32,201 bases of DNA from an uncultured Anaerolineaceae bacterium. GTDB lineage: Bacteria > Chloroflexota > Anaerolineae > Anaerolineales > Anaerolineaceae. A program made the translations under genes and the position numbers. Each line of letters starts with the position of its first letter. The stretch's first letter is position 1. Shown one piece after another: positions 1-7,860 of this stretch. The DNA lies in assembly GCA_964452955.1 (NCBI GenBank), contig CAYVRH010000001.1, positions 1 to 32,201 of the forward strand, read 5' to 3'. A model generated the notes under the pieces. The model was not told the origin of the DNA and did not search any database. It saw only the letters and a program-made list of their open reading frames with translations.

Positions 1-544
1 TGAGCAATAAACGGATCAGAGCCACACGGCGGCGCTCACCGCCAGAAAGTACTTTAATGGGCGTGTCTCCTGTTGGACAGTTGAGCGCACCCATGGCAAG
101 TTTGAGATTGCTTTCCAAATTCCAGGCGTCCACTTTTTCAAGTTGTTCAGTAAGGCGGGATTGCTTTTCTATCAGCTTGTCAAAATCGGCATCCGGGTCA
201 GAAAAACCTTCATTGACCTTTTCGTATTCATCGAGCAGGTCAGTGATTGGCTTTACGCCTTCTTTGATGATCTCGATAACCGTCTTTTCAGGGTCAAGAT
301 AGGGGTCCTGTTCCAAGAGTCCAACGCTGTAACCTTTCGAGGCGGCAATTTCCCCTATATATTCTTCGTCCTTGCCTGCCATAATCTTCAATAGCGTGGA
401 TTTACCTGAACCGTTCAAGCCAAGTACACCGATTTTCGCACCATAATAAAAACCGAGCGAAATATCCCGCAGTACTTGCTTATTGGGTGGGTAGATTTTG
501 CCCACCCGCATCATTGAATAAATTACTTGTGTATCTGACGGCAT
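1..544 (-). CDS. ettA: Energy-dependent translational throttle protein EttA (ABC-F ATPase). Only the N-terminal ~181 codons are present; the 3' end lies beyond the left window edge.
   Basis: Absent from the ORF track because there is no stop codon in the window. Minus-strand translation from ATG at 544-542 gives MPSDTQVIYSMMRVGKIYPPNKQVLRDISLGFYYGAKIGVLGLNGSGKSTLLKIMAGKDEEYIGE... It has Walker A GLNGSGKST and the ABC signature LSGGERRRVAL at about 14-46. It is collinear with the E. coli EttA N-terminus as I remember it (..MHRVGKVVPPKR..GVLGLNGAGKSTLLRIMAG..). An AGAGGTG Shine-Dalgarno sits 5 nt upstream of the ATG. Confidence 0.92.
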   Translation of the reverse strand, partial: MPSDTQVIYSMMRVGKIYPPNKQVLRDISLGFYYGAKIGVLGLNGSGKSTLLKIMAGKDEEYIGEIAASKGYSVGLLEQDPYLDPEKTVIEIIKEGVKPITDLLDEYEKVNEGFSDPDADFDKLIEKQSRLTEQLEKVDAWNLESNLKLAMGALNCPTGDTPIKVLSGGERRRVALIRLLL

Positions 545-562
545 AAACACCTCTTGATGCGT

Positions 563-571
563 ATTGTAACA
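563..571 (-). promoter_or_regulatory. Candidate extended -10 promoter (TGtTACAAT) for ettA
   Basis: The minus strand reads TGTTACAAT about 18 nt upstream of the ettA ATG, with the SD in between. No convincing -35 is present. This is motif-only evidence. Confidence 0.3.
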
Positions 572-598
572 AAAAAGACAGGTTTTTCGCCTGTCTTT
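571..598 (-). terminator. Rho-independent terminator downstream of tRNA-Pro
   Basis: A perfect 9-bp stem pairs AAAGACAGG (574-582) with CCTGTCTTT (590-598) around a 7-nt loop. On the minus strand the stem runs into a T6 tract (complement of A571-A576), directly after the tRNA 3' end. Confidence 0.6.
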
Positions 599-599
599 G

Positions 600-674
600 T
601 CGGGGCAGGCGGATTCGAACCGCCGACCTCACAGTCCCGAACCGTGCGCTCTAGCCGGGCTGAGCCATGCCCCG
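600..674 (-). tRNA. tRNA-Pro, anticodon CGG; CCA not encoded
   Basis: The minus strand folds by hand into a cloverleaf: CGGGGCA UG GCUC AGCCCGGCUA GAGC G CACGG UUCGGGA CUGUG AGGUC GGCGG UUCGAAU CCGCC UGCCCCG A. It has a 7-bp acceptor stem, U8, GG in the D-loop, anticodon loop UU-CGG-GA with G37, a GGCGG/CCGCC T-stem with a UUCGAAU loop, and discriminator A. Confidence 0.95.
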
Positions 675-684
675 TGGGTTGCAT

Positions 685-693
685 ATTATACCA
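685..693 (-). promoter_or_regulatory. Candidate extended -10 promoter (TGgTATAAT) for tRNA-Pro
   Basis: The minus strand reads TGGTATAAT and ends 10 nt before the mature tRNA 5' end. This fits a very short leader removed by RNase P. Confidence 0.45.
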
Positions 694-718
694 TCAGAAT
701 TGCAAATAAACGCTTCGC

Positions 719-1687
719 TTAATGCTTCTTACTCATTTCGATAGTGACTTTAAGTCGGCCTGGTTTGGCGGCTTCTTCAAAGGCTTGAAGGCCATCGGCA
801 AGTGCATATCTTGCCTGAATGAGGGGCTTCAAATCTACCAAACCCGATTCCATCAAGCGCAGCGCTGGAGCAAAAGGACCGCATCGGGAGCCAACCAGAT
901 GGATTTCATCCACGACCAAACTGGAGAGGTTCACCGAAACATCTCCCGCGAAAGTTGATTTTAAGACCAGTATGCCCCCTGCCCTCACAAGCTGCTTAGA
1001 GGTAGCAAAACCTTCCGCAGAGCCGGTCACTTCAACGACGATATCAGCCGATTTATCGCCCAATTCATGGGCAAAAGCCGAACGGATCCCCAAGCTTTGA
1101 AGCAGTACGGCTGGTTCAGACCTGCGGACCACAACTGTCAAGTCGCAACCACTTAGTTTCAACACCTGGGCAATCAAGATGCCAAGACGGCCAGCTCCAA
1201 CCACATAAACCTTATCTGACGGTTTGATGGCAACTTGCTCAAGAATCTGTAAGGCTGCTGCCAGTGGTTCTGTGAACACTGCCATTTCATCCGGTACAGA
1301 GTCAGGCACTTGTACCAAATTCTGCAAAGGGAGCTTACAAAACTCCGAGAAAACGCCGTTGTAGTTGTAAATCCCCAGCGTCCTGCGTTTTTCGCAGTGA
1401 CCCGTACGTCCCTCCAGGCAGGGCTTGCAATGACCGCACCAGACCGAGATTGTACCCACAACCCGCTTTCCTTCCCATTCTGCCAATCCTGGGGCACGCT
1501 CGACCAGGCCAACAAATTCATGCCCGGGGATGCCGGTAAAGGGATAATAACCTCTGACCATTTCAAGGTCCGTAGAACAAATACCCGCCTGATTTACTCG
1601 AATTAATACTTCACCGGAATCCAGAACCGGTTCAGGGAGATCTTCTCTGAAGCTCAAATGCTTATCTTCCAGCCAAAGCCCTTTCAT
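719..1687 (-). CDS. Zinc-dependent alcohol dehydrogenase family protein (MDR superfamily), 322 aa
   Basis: Catalytic Zn ligand context is GICSTDLEMVRG...GHEFVG. The structural Zn cluster is CGHCKPCLEGRTGHC. The Rossmann motif is VVGAGRLG. I trimmed the start from 1741 to ATG 1687 (MKGLWLED...), which is preceded by AGGAGGAAA and removes the overlap with mutL. Confidence 0.85.
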   Translation of the reverse strand: MKGLWLEDKHLSFREDLPEPVLDSGEVLIRVNQAGICSTDLEMVRGYYPFTGIPGHEFVGLVERAPGLAEWEGKRVVGTISVWCGHCKPCLEGRTGHCEKRRTLGIYNYNGVFSEFCKLPLQNLVQVPDSVPDEMAVFTEPLAAALQILEQVAIKPSDKVYVVGAGRLGILIAQVLKLSGCDLTVVVRRSEPAVLLQSLGIRSAFAHELGDKSADIVVEVTGSAEGFATSKQLVRAGGILVLKSTFAGDVSVNLSSLVVDEIHLVGSRCGPFAPALRLMESGLVDLKPLIQARYALADGLQAFEEAAKPGRLKVTIEMSKKH

Positions 1688-1694
1688 TTTCCTC

Positions 1695-3446
1695 CTAAAG
1701 CGAGCCGGTTCTGCCAAACTGCCGCTCAAGTAATGCAGCACTGAGATGGATCATAGTTGGCCTTCCGTGCGGGCAGGTTCGCGGGGACGTGCTTAATTCC
1801 AACTTCTCAAGCAGTGATTCTTGTTCAGGTACTGACAGAATTTGCCCGGCCTTAACCGCCATGCGTTTGCACACCCGCCCAGCTATCCTGGCTTCGATTT
1901 CTTCTTCCATGGGCGTCTCATCTTCTTCAAAGTCCTGGATTACTGAAAGCACAGCCGCTTTTGGATCGCCCTGCCGGAACAATGCCGGTATGGCACGAAT
2001 GATAAAACTGTTAGGGCCAAATTCCTCAACCTGAAAACCGAGTTCCTGAAAGACAGGTAATTGTGTGGTCAGCACGGCGGCCTTCTCCGGGCTTAAATCC
2101 AGCGTCAGGGGAACCGCGAGGTTCTGCGCAGGTATGCTCGCCGTTCTGAAAGAAGCCATCAGATCATCGAAAAGCACGCGTTCGTGCGCGGCATGCTGGT
2201 CAATCAGATAAAGCCCGTCTGGTCCCTCTGCTATCAAATAAGTGGAGGCCACCTGCCCGATGAGTCGAAGAAGCGGTAAGTGCTCTACAGGCAGAAATTC
2301 TTGCGCAGCGGAATCTTGGGGTGCCTTATGTGCAGGCTCGGTATCACTAACAAATTCAGATCTGCCTATCATCCAATCGGGTGAAAGCTGCTGGTTATTT
2401 GTGCCATATGTCGTGTTTTGTCGGCCCCACAGCGAAACGGGGTTGATTTCAGGAATTGGGGTAAACGCCAATAAACCACGCCGGATGGCGCGCTGCAGGC
2501 CACTGAAGACAAAATCAGCATTTCGAAAGCGAACTTCCGCCTTTGATGGATGCACGTTCACATCCACCTGGTTTGAAGGCAGACTGATAAACAGGATTGC
2601 CACCGGGTAACGCCCTACCATCAACATAGTGTTATAAGCTTTGAGTACCGCTGCCGTCAGGGCTGGGTCTTGTACCCAGCGCCCATTGATGAACAACGTA
2701 ATATCCTTGCGGTTTGAACGCGTCAACTGCAAATTGCTGATGAAACCTTCGATTGCCAGACCCTGGTCAGAAAACTCGATGGGTAATAAGTCTGAGGCAT
2801 CTTGCCTGCCAAAAAGATTGTGCAAGATCTCCTGCTTGCTACCGTTTCCACTGGTCTTGAATAGTGTCTTGCCATCCTGGAGGTAAGTCCAGCGGATATG
2901 TGGATATGCCATTGCATAACGGGTAACCAGGCCGATCACTTGTTTGGTTTCAGTGATATCGCTGCGTAAAAACTTGAGCCGTGCCGGCACATTGTAAAAA
3001 AGGTCTGCCACTTGAATGCTGGTGCCGATGGGTGAACTGGCTGGTTCCACTGGGTCAACAAGGCCACCATCCTCGCTGATTCGGGCTCCGGCATGGCTTT
3101 CAGCTGTTTTTGAGGTAATGGTCAGTCTGGCAACTGAGCCGATTGAAGCCAGAGCTTCACCTCTGAAGCCCAGCGTTCGGATATCGAGCAGATCCTCGGG
3201 CGTGCTGAGTTTGCTGGTAGCATGGCTGGCCAAAGCTAACGCAAGGTCTTCTGCCGCAATTCCAGCGCCGTTATCCTCTATTTGAATTTTGGAACGGCCT
3301 GCGCCCTCAAGAAAAATGCTTATTTCAGTCGCGCCTGCATCAATTGAATTCTCAATCAATTCCTTAACAACAGAGGCGGGGCGTTCAATCACCTCACCAG
3401 CCGCAATCTGATTGGCTACTTTTTCGCTGAGTTTTTTTATTGGCAT
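1695..3446 (-). CDS. mutL: DNA mismatch repair endonuclease MutL, 583 aa
   Basis: The N-terminal GHKL ATPase reads MPIKKLSEKVANQIAAGEVIERPASVVKELIENSIDAGA, DNGAGI, GFRGEAL. The C-terminal endonuclease motif is DQHAAHERVLFD and the Zn motif is CPHGRP. I trimmed the start from 3638 to ATG 3446, because the longer ORF would overlap uvrC and adds non-homologous residues. Confidence 0.95.
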   Translation of the reverse strand: MPIKKLSEKVANQIAAGEVIERPASVVKELIENSIDAGATEISIFLEGAGRSKIQIEDNGAGIAAEDLALALASHATSKLSTPEDLLDIRTLGFRGEALASIGSVARLTITSKTAESHAGARISEDGGLVDPVEPASSPIGTSIQVADLFYNVPARLKFLRSDITETKQVIGLVTRYAMAYPHIRWTYLQDGKTLFKTSGNGSKQEILHNLFGRQDASDLLPIEFSDQGLAIEGFISNLQLTRSNRKDITLFINGRWVQDPALTAAVLKAYNTMLMVGRYPVAILFISLPSNQVDVNVHPSKAEVRFRNADFVFSGLQRAIRRGLLAFTPIPEINPVSLWGRQNTTYGTNNQQLSPDWMIGRSEFVSDTEPAHKAPQDSAAQEFLPVEHLPLLRLIGQVASTYLIAEGPDGLYLIDQHAAHERVLFDDLMASFRTASIPAQNLAVPLTLDLSPEKAAVLTTQLPVFQELGFQVEEFGPNSFIIRAIPALFRQGDPKAAVLSVIQDFEEDETPMEEEIEARIAGRVCKRMAVKAGQILSVPEQESLLEKLELSTSPRTCPHGRPTMIHLSAALLERQFGRTGSL

Positions 3447-3452
3447 GCCGCA

Positions 3453-3458
3453 ATTATA
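3453..3458 (-). promoter_or_regulatory. -10-like TATAAT hexamer 6 nt upstream of the mutL ATG (leaderless geometry)
   Basis: The minus strand reads TATAAT-TGCGGC-ATG. No SD is possible at that spacing. Confidence 0.3.
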
Positions 3459-3482
3459 CCTGTGCGTATTGACAGCTTCAGC

Positions 3483-3488
3483 TAAAAT
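3483..3488 (+). promoter_or_regulatory. -10-like TAAAAT hexamer 6 nt upstream of the uvrC ATG (leaderless geometry)
   Basis: The plus strand reads TAAAAT-AGGTGC-ATG(3495). Confidence 0.3.
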
Positions 3489-3494
3489 AGGTGC

Positions 3495-5352
3495 ATGGAA
3501 ATTACAGACCACGTTAAAGGCATTTTGGCCACGTTGAGCGATAAGCCTGGTTGTTACCTCATGAAGGACGAGAGCCAAAAAATCATCTACGTTGGTAAAG
3601 CCATCAACCTGAAGAATCGCGTACGCCAATACTTCCACTCATCTACGGATCAACCTTTCCGCACGCGTCAAATGGTGTCGAAAATCAGGGACATTGAGAC
3701 CATCATCGTCGGTTCAGAATTAGAGGCCTTAATCCTCGAGATGAACCTGATCAAACAGCATAAACCATTTTTCAATGTGCGCCTGAAGGACGATAAACGT
3801 TACCCTTACATCAAAATTAGCTGGCAGGAGGATTTTCCTCGTTTGATCATCACCCGCAGCATGGTCAACGACGGAGCGCGGTATTTCGGACCCTATACAT
3901 CAGTTTGGGCTGTACATCAGACCCTGGACGTTCTCAGGCATACCTTACCTCACTTGCGCCCGCGAGATTACCGGCAAAGATGAACGCGCATGCCTGTACT
4001 ACGACATCAAACTCTGTTCTGCACCCTGCATAGGGGCTACTACCAAAGCAGAGTACCGCCAGATGATCGACGATCTGTGTAAATTCCTGGAAGGTAGAAC
4101 GGACCCAATTCTAAAGCGCCTTCAGGTGGATATGGCCAAAGCTTCAGAAGAAATGCAATATGAGCGCGCGGCTGCCCTACGAGATCAAATCAATGCCATT
4201 CAGCGGGTACTTGAGCATCAGAAAATTATTTCCAGCGAAACCAAAGACCAGGACGTGATTGCCATGGCGCGTTCCGATAAGGATGCCTGTGTGCAGATCT
4301 TCTTCATCCGTTCCGGCAAAATGATCGGACGGGAGTACTTTGTGCTGGATGGCACCGAGGACAAGCCGAACCAGGAAATCCTGGAGGAGTTTATCAAGCA
4401 GTTTTATTCGCAGGCTGCATATGTACCTAACAAAGTGCTCCTGCCTGAACAAATCGAGGAAGCCCGCATCATCAAGGAATGGTTGAATACCAAGCGCGGC
4501 GGACTGAAGGTGGATATTGCTGTGCCACAACGCGGTGAAGGCAAAGCCTTGGTGAAAATGGCCGCAGAAAATGCCATGGAAACCCTTACTTCCCTCGAAA
4601 ACCGTTGGAAAGCTGACAAAACCAAACAACTGCAGGCGCTGACCGACCTGCAACAAGCGCTTAACCTTTCAGAGCCACCCAACCGTATTGAATGTTATGA
4701 CATCTCAAATACCCAGGGAGTCAACAGTGTTGGCAGTATGGTGGTCTTTGAACAGGGTGTGCCAAAAAAGAATTTGTACCGCAAATTCAATATTAAAACG
4801 GTCGAGGGTCCAGATGACTTCGCTTCCATGGAAGAAGTCTTAAACCGCCGTTTTTCGCGTTACTGGGCAAGCAAGGAAGCTAAAGGCGAACCAGGCGCCA
4901 AGCCAGATCTCAGTTTTGGGATACTCCCTGATTTGTTGATAACGGATGGCGGTAAAGGCCAACTTAGCCGCGCGGTAAAAGTAATCGAAGAGCAACACTT
5001 AACTGATATTTTTAGCGTAGTCGGGTTAGCAAAGCAGGATGAAGAACTCTTTATCCCCGGGAAGATGGAGTCAATCCGCCTGGACGATCATTCGCAGGGC
5101 TTTTATTTAATCCAACGCATTCGGGATGAAGCACACCGCTTCGCGATTACGGCTCACCGCAATAAACGGGGCAAAACCGGCCTGGCATCCAGGCTTGACC
5201 AAATCGAAGGTATCGGCCCTGTTCGTAGAAAAGCTTTATTGAAGGCTTTTGGGTCGATCGAAGGCATCCTGGCAGCAAAACCCGAAGAGCTGACCAAGAT
5301 AAAGGGTATTACAATTACGCAGGCTGAATTTATTCAGTCTCAACTGGAGTAA
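3495..5352 (+). pseudogene. uvrC: Excinuclease ABC subunit C (uvrC), interrupted by a frameshift near 3945-3950. It could be a real pseudogene, a split gene, or an assembly error.
   Basis: Frame A (3495-3983) encodes the GIY-YIG domain (PGCYLMKD..IIYVGKAINLKNRVRQYF) and then degenerates into ..LDVLRHTLPHLRPRDYRQR*. Frame B is open from 3847 and from 3946 reads YLTCAREITGKDERACLYYDIKLCSAPCIGATTKAEYRQMIDD... That continues the Cys-rich region, the UVR domain (YERAAALRDQINAI), the endonuclease domain and the C-terminal (HhH)2 (IEGIGPVRRKALLKAFGS). The total span of 1858 nt is not a multiple of 3. Confidence 0.9.
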
Positions 5353-5353
5353 G

Positions 5354-5488
5354 ATGTCAAAGCAAAATCAAATAAAAAATCGCGCAACCAAATCAAACAC
5401 AGGCACGAATACTGCTTACAAAGCCTTTTTAGCATTCATTGCCATCATTATCATTTTGGCGATGGTGCTTTCAATGGTTAGGTTTTAA
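5354..5488 (+). CDS. Hypothetical 44-aa small membrane protein (below the ORF-track size cutoff)
   Basis: The ATG lies 1 nt after the uvrC stop (TAAgATG). The product is MSKQNQIKNRATKSNTGTNTAYKAFLAFIAIIIILAMVLSMVRF, with a polar/basic N-terminus followed by one ~20-residue hydrophobic helix. There is no SD and no homology that I recognise. Confidence 0.3.
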   Translation: MSKQNQIKNRATKSNTGTNTAYKAFLAFIAIIIILAMVLSMVRF

Positions 5489-5493
5489 GTCGC

Positions 5494-7290
5494 TTAAGAA
5501 CCCTTCCCAAGCCGCGCACGTTCTTCTTCCACCATGCTGTGGTCAAGCTTTTTAACCAGTGGCACTGGTTGGTTGAAGGTTCTGCCGCCCACAAGCTCAG
5601 TCGGCAGCCAGCGATCTGTTTTTCCAGTCAAGCCGGCTTTATAGGTCAGCACTTTATGGGTGCCAAGCTTATCCTCAACGTCATAGGCAGCTGATTCTCC
5701 GAATAAGGGTGAATCGTAATCAAGAATCTGGTTGAGTGTTTCCGAAATATGTGGCAGGAAAGGCGCCAGCATCAGTTTCAGCCAATCAATAGCTTGAATG
5801 GCGGTGAAAACTGATTTTTCAGCTTCGGCCTTATCGGTCTTTATTTCAAACCAGGGTGCGTGTGTATCCAGGTATTTGTTGACTTCAGTCGCCAGGTTCA
5901 TGGCCTCACCCAGGGCAGCCTTCAATTCAACGGCTTCAATCTTTTCAGCAACCGTCCCGAATCCATTCCTTATTGTTGCGAGTAATTCCAGGTCAGAATC
6001 CCTTAAGGACTCTGGCTGCGGAATCTGGCCTTCCCAGTTTTTGTAAGTGAAGGCGAGCACCCGGTTAACAAGGTTACCCCAGGTTGCCACGAGTTCGTTG
6101 TTATTGCGCTGGAAAAATTCTTCCCAATCCCAATCCGAATCCTTGGTTTCCGGCATGGCGGTGGTTAAGTAATAGCGGATTGCATCGGCATCGTAACGCT
6201 CAAGCGCATCCAAACCCCAGATCGCCCAGTTTTTACTGCCACTGATTTTGCGCCCTTCCAGGTTCATAAATTCGTTGGCTGGCACGTTGTAAGGTAAAAC
6301 CAGGTTTTTTGGATCTTCAGAGCCCATGGCGCGATCCAGTTTTTCTTGAATACCGATTAGTTCAGCCGGCCAGGTGACGGCGTGGAAAGTGATATTGTCT
6401 TTTCCGATGAAATAGAAAGACTTTGTCTCTGGATTTACCCACCAATCCCGCCAGGTTTCCGGATTGTCGTTCAGTTTTGCGTATTCAATAACTGCTGAAA
6501 GGTAGCCCATCACCGCCTCAAACCAAACGTAGAGGCATTTACCCTGAAAGTCTTCCAGAGGAACCGGAATGCCCCAATCCAGGTCGCGCGTGATGGAGGT
6601 GGGCTTCAATCCCACGCTTTGGATTTGGCCCAATGATTGGCGTAGCACGTTGGGCCGCCAATAGCTGGCACGATCTTCCAGGAATTTCTGGATCTTCGGT
6701 TCCAACCCTGAAAGGTTCAGATAATAGTGTTCGGTTTCACGTAGTTCCGGCGTGCTGCCATCAATTTTTGAGCGGGGATTGATAAGCTTCTCTGGCTCGA
6801 GCAAACTGCCACATTTTTCGCATTGGTCAGAGCGGGCATCTTCACTCCCGCAAATATAGCAAGTGCCTTCCACGTAGCGGTCCGGAAGGAAGCGGTTCTG
6901 TGCGGTACTGAACCACTGGCGTGAGCTGTCTTTATAAAGATAGCCATTTTCAAGCAGGGATAAAAAGACCTTTTGTGCCACATCAAAATGGTTCTCCGTA
7001 TGGGTGCTGGTAAATAAATCGTAACTGATGCCAAGACGCTCGAAGAGCTCAATGAAGCGCGGGTGGTAATGCTGGTAGACCTCGAGGGGGGTCTTGTTTT
7101 GCGCGTCGGCTTTTACAGTAATTGCCGTGCCATGACTGTCAGATCCTGAAACCACCAACACTTTACGTCCACGCAGGCGATGATAACGGGCACAAATATC
7201 GCCGGGAAGATGAGAGCCAGTGATGTTACCGGCGTGGATATCGGAGTTGGCGTAAGGCCAGGCGATGGCAATCAGAATAGGTTCAGTCAT
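5494..7290 (-). CDS. metG: Methionine--tRNA ligase (class I aaRS), 598 aa
   Basis: The N-terminus AWPYANSDIHAGNITG..ARYHRLRGRKVLVVSGSDSHGTAI aligns with the MetRS HIGH region. The Zn knuckle is CYICGSEDARSDQCEKCG. The KMSKS-region reads LEGRKISGSKNW. The anticodon-binding region contains YYLTTAMPETKDSDWDWEEF. A GGAG SD sits upstream. Confidence 0.88.
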   Translation of the reverse strand: MTEPILIAIAWPYANSDIHAGNITGSHLPGDICARYHRLRGRKVLVVSGSDSHGTAITVKADAQNKTPLEVYQHYHPRFIELFERLGISYDLFTSTHTENHFDVAQKVFLSLLENGYLYKDSSRQWFSTAQNRFLPDRYVEGTCYICGSEDARSDQCEKCGSLLEPEKLINPRSKIDGSTPELRETEHYYLNLSGLEPKIQKFLEDRASYWRPNVLRQSLGQIQSVGLKPTSITRDLDWGIPVPLEDFQGKCLYVWFEAVMGYLSAVIEYAKLNDNPETWRDWWVNPETKSFYFIGKDNITFHAVTWPAELIGIQEKLDRAMGSEDPKNLVLPYNVPANEFMNLEGRKISGSKNWAIWGLDALERYDADAIRYYLTTAMPETKDSDWDWEEFFQRNNNELVATWGNLVNRVLAFTYKNWEGQIPQPESLRDSDLELLATIRNGFGTVAEKIEAVELKAALGEAMNLATEVNKYLDTHAPWFEIKTDKAEAEKSVFTAIQAIDWLKLMLAPFLPHISETLNQILDYDSPLFGESAAYDVEDKLGTHKVLTYKAGLTGKTDRWLPTELVGGRTFNQPVPLVKKLDHSMVEEERARLGKGS

Positions 7291-7330
7291 GAGGGTCTCC
7301 GTCTATTAACTTTTCGAGAATGGATGAATT

Positions 7331-7816
7331 TTACTCTTCAAGGATGATTTTGTTGTCTGTATGTCCGCAATCTTGCAGGTTCAAATTCTGGCCACAAATC
7401 GTGCAGACTCCCTTACAATCGGGCTTACAGACGAAATTGATGGGCAAACCCAGCAGCAGATAGTCCCGAAAAAGCTCTCCCAGATCGATGTAGCCATCAT
7501 CCGGGATGACCAGGTCCGTAGCCTCGCGAACTTTTTCAGTGAAAAAGTAAATTTCTTCGATGGGTGTCGTAACTGAAACCGTGCTATCGCAAAGACAGCG
7601 TACGCATTGTGCGGAAATTTTTCCACTCAGTTGGGCTTGAAACAAAATGCCCTCCTGCACGCGTGAAAAACGGTATTTCACATCCAAATCCCAAACGTTG
7701 AGGTCGGGGTCAATGAAAACTTCGTCAAGCTGAAGTTCTGCATCCCTGGCAAACCCTGAGGGTTTGTTAAGGAGATAGCCAATGTTAGTCTTTAGGGGAA
7801 TGCGTTTCTTTTCCAT
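7331..7816 (-). CDS. yceD: YceD/DUF177 family protein (23S rRNA accumulation protein-like), 161 aa
   Basis: The characteristic Cys motifs are present: CVRCLCD early and CKPDCKGVCTICGQNLNLQDCGH near the C-terminus. The ORF-track start at 7828 is a TTG, so I prefer ATG 7816 (MEKKRIPL). Confidence 0.8.
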   Translation of the reverse strand: MEKKRIPLKTNIGYLLNKPSGFARDAELQLDEVFIDPDLNVWDLDVKYRFSRVQEGILFQAQLSGKISAQCVRCLCDSTVSVTTPIEEIYFFTEKVREATDLVIPDDGYIDLGELFRDYLLLGLPINFVCKPDCKGVCTICGQNLNLQDCGHTDNKIILEE

Positions 7817-7840
7817 GTTCGTGTACAATTACCTGCGCAG

Positions 7841-7849
7841 ATTATAGCA
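7841..7849 (-). promoter_or_regulatory. Candidate extended -10 promoter (TGcTATAAT) for yceD-metG
   Basis: The minus strand reads TGCTATAAT about 24 nt upstream of ATG 7816. This is motif-only evidence. Confidence 0.3.
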
Positions 7850-7860
7850 TGAGAGTGAAC

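Noticed and set aside
57-394. Two plus-strand ORFs (81 and 83 aa) at the left edge
   Set aside because: They lie antisense to, and entirely inside, a clear EttA (ABC-F) coding frame on the minus strand. Their products are low-complexity, so they are shadow ORFs.
1174-1606. 130-aa minus-strand and 98-aa plus-strand ORFs inside the alcohol dehydrogenase gene
   Set aside because: They are out-of-frame or antisense overlaps with a gene that has full-length MDR family motifs. Neither has recognisable motifs of its own.
3469-3474. Perfect TTGACA in the mutL/uvrC gap as a -35 element for uvrC
   Set aside because: It lies only 8 nt from the TAAAAT hexamer, too close for a sigma70 -35/-10 pair. No suitable -10 sits 16-19 nt downstream.
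3447-3638. N-terminal 64-codon extension of the mutL ORF as listed in the track
   Set aside because: The extension overlaps the uvrC start region on the opposite strand and has no MutL homology. The canonical MutL N-terminus (MPIKKLS..ANQIAAGEV) begins at ATG 3446.
3940-3955. Programmed ribosomal frameshift as the explanation for the uvrC frame change
   Set aside because: I see no slippery heptamer, no downstream structure and no precedent in uvrC. A mutation or an assembly error is far more likely.
4177-4682. 159-aa and 92-aa minus-strand ORFs inside uvrC
   Set aside because: They are antisense to the well-supported UvrC C-terminal frame, have no motifs and show the biased composition typical of shadow ORFs.
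5481-5503. Imperfect hairpin GGTTTTAAG/CTTAAGAACC as a bidirectional terminator between the small ORF and metG
   Set aside because: The stem is AT-rich with a bulge and there is no U-tract on either strand. It is mentioned only as context for the small-ORF finding.
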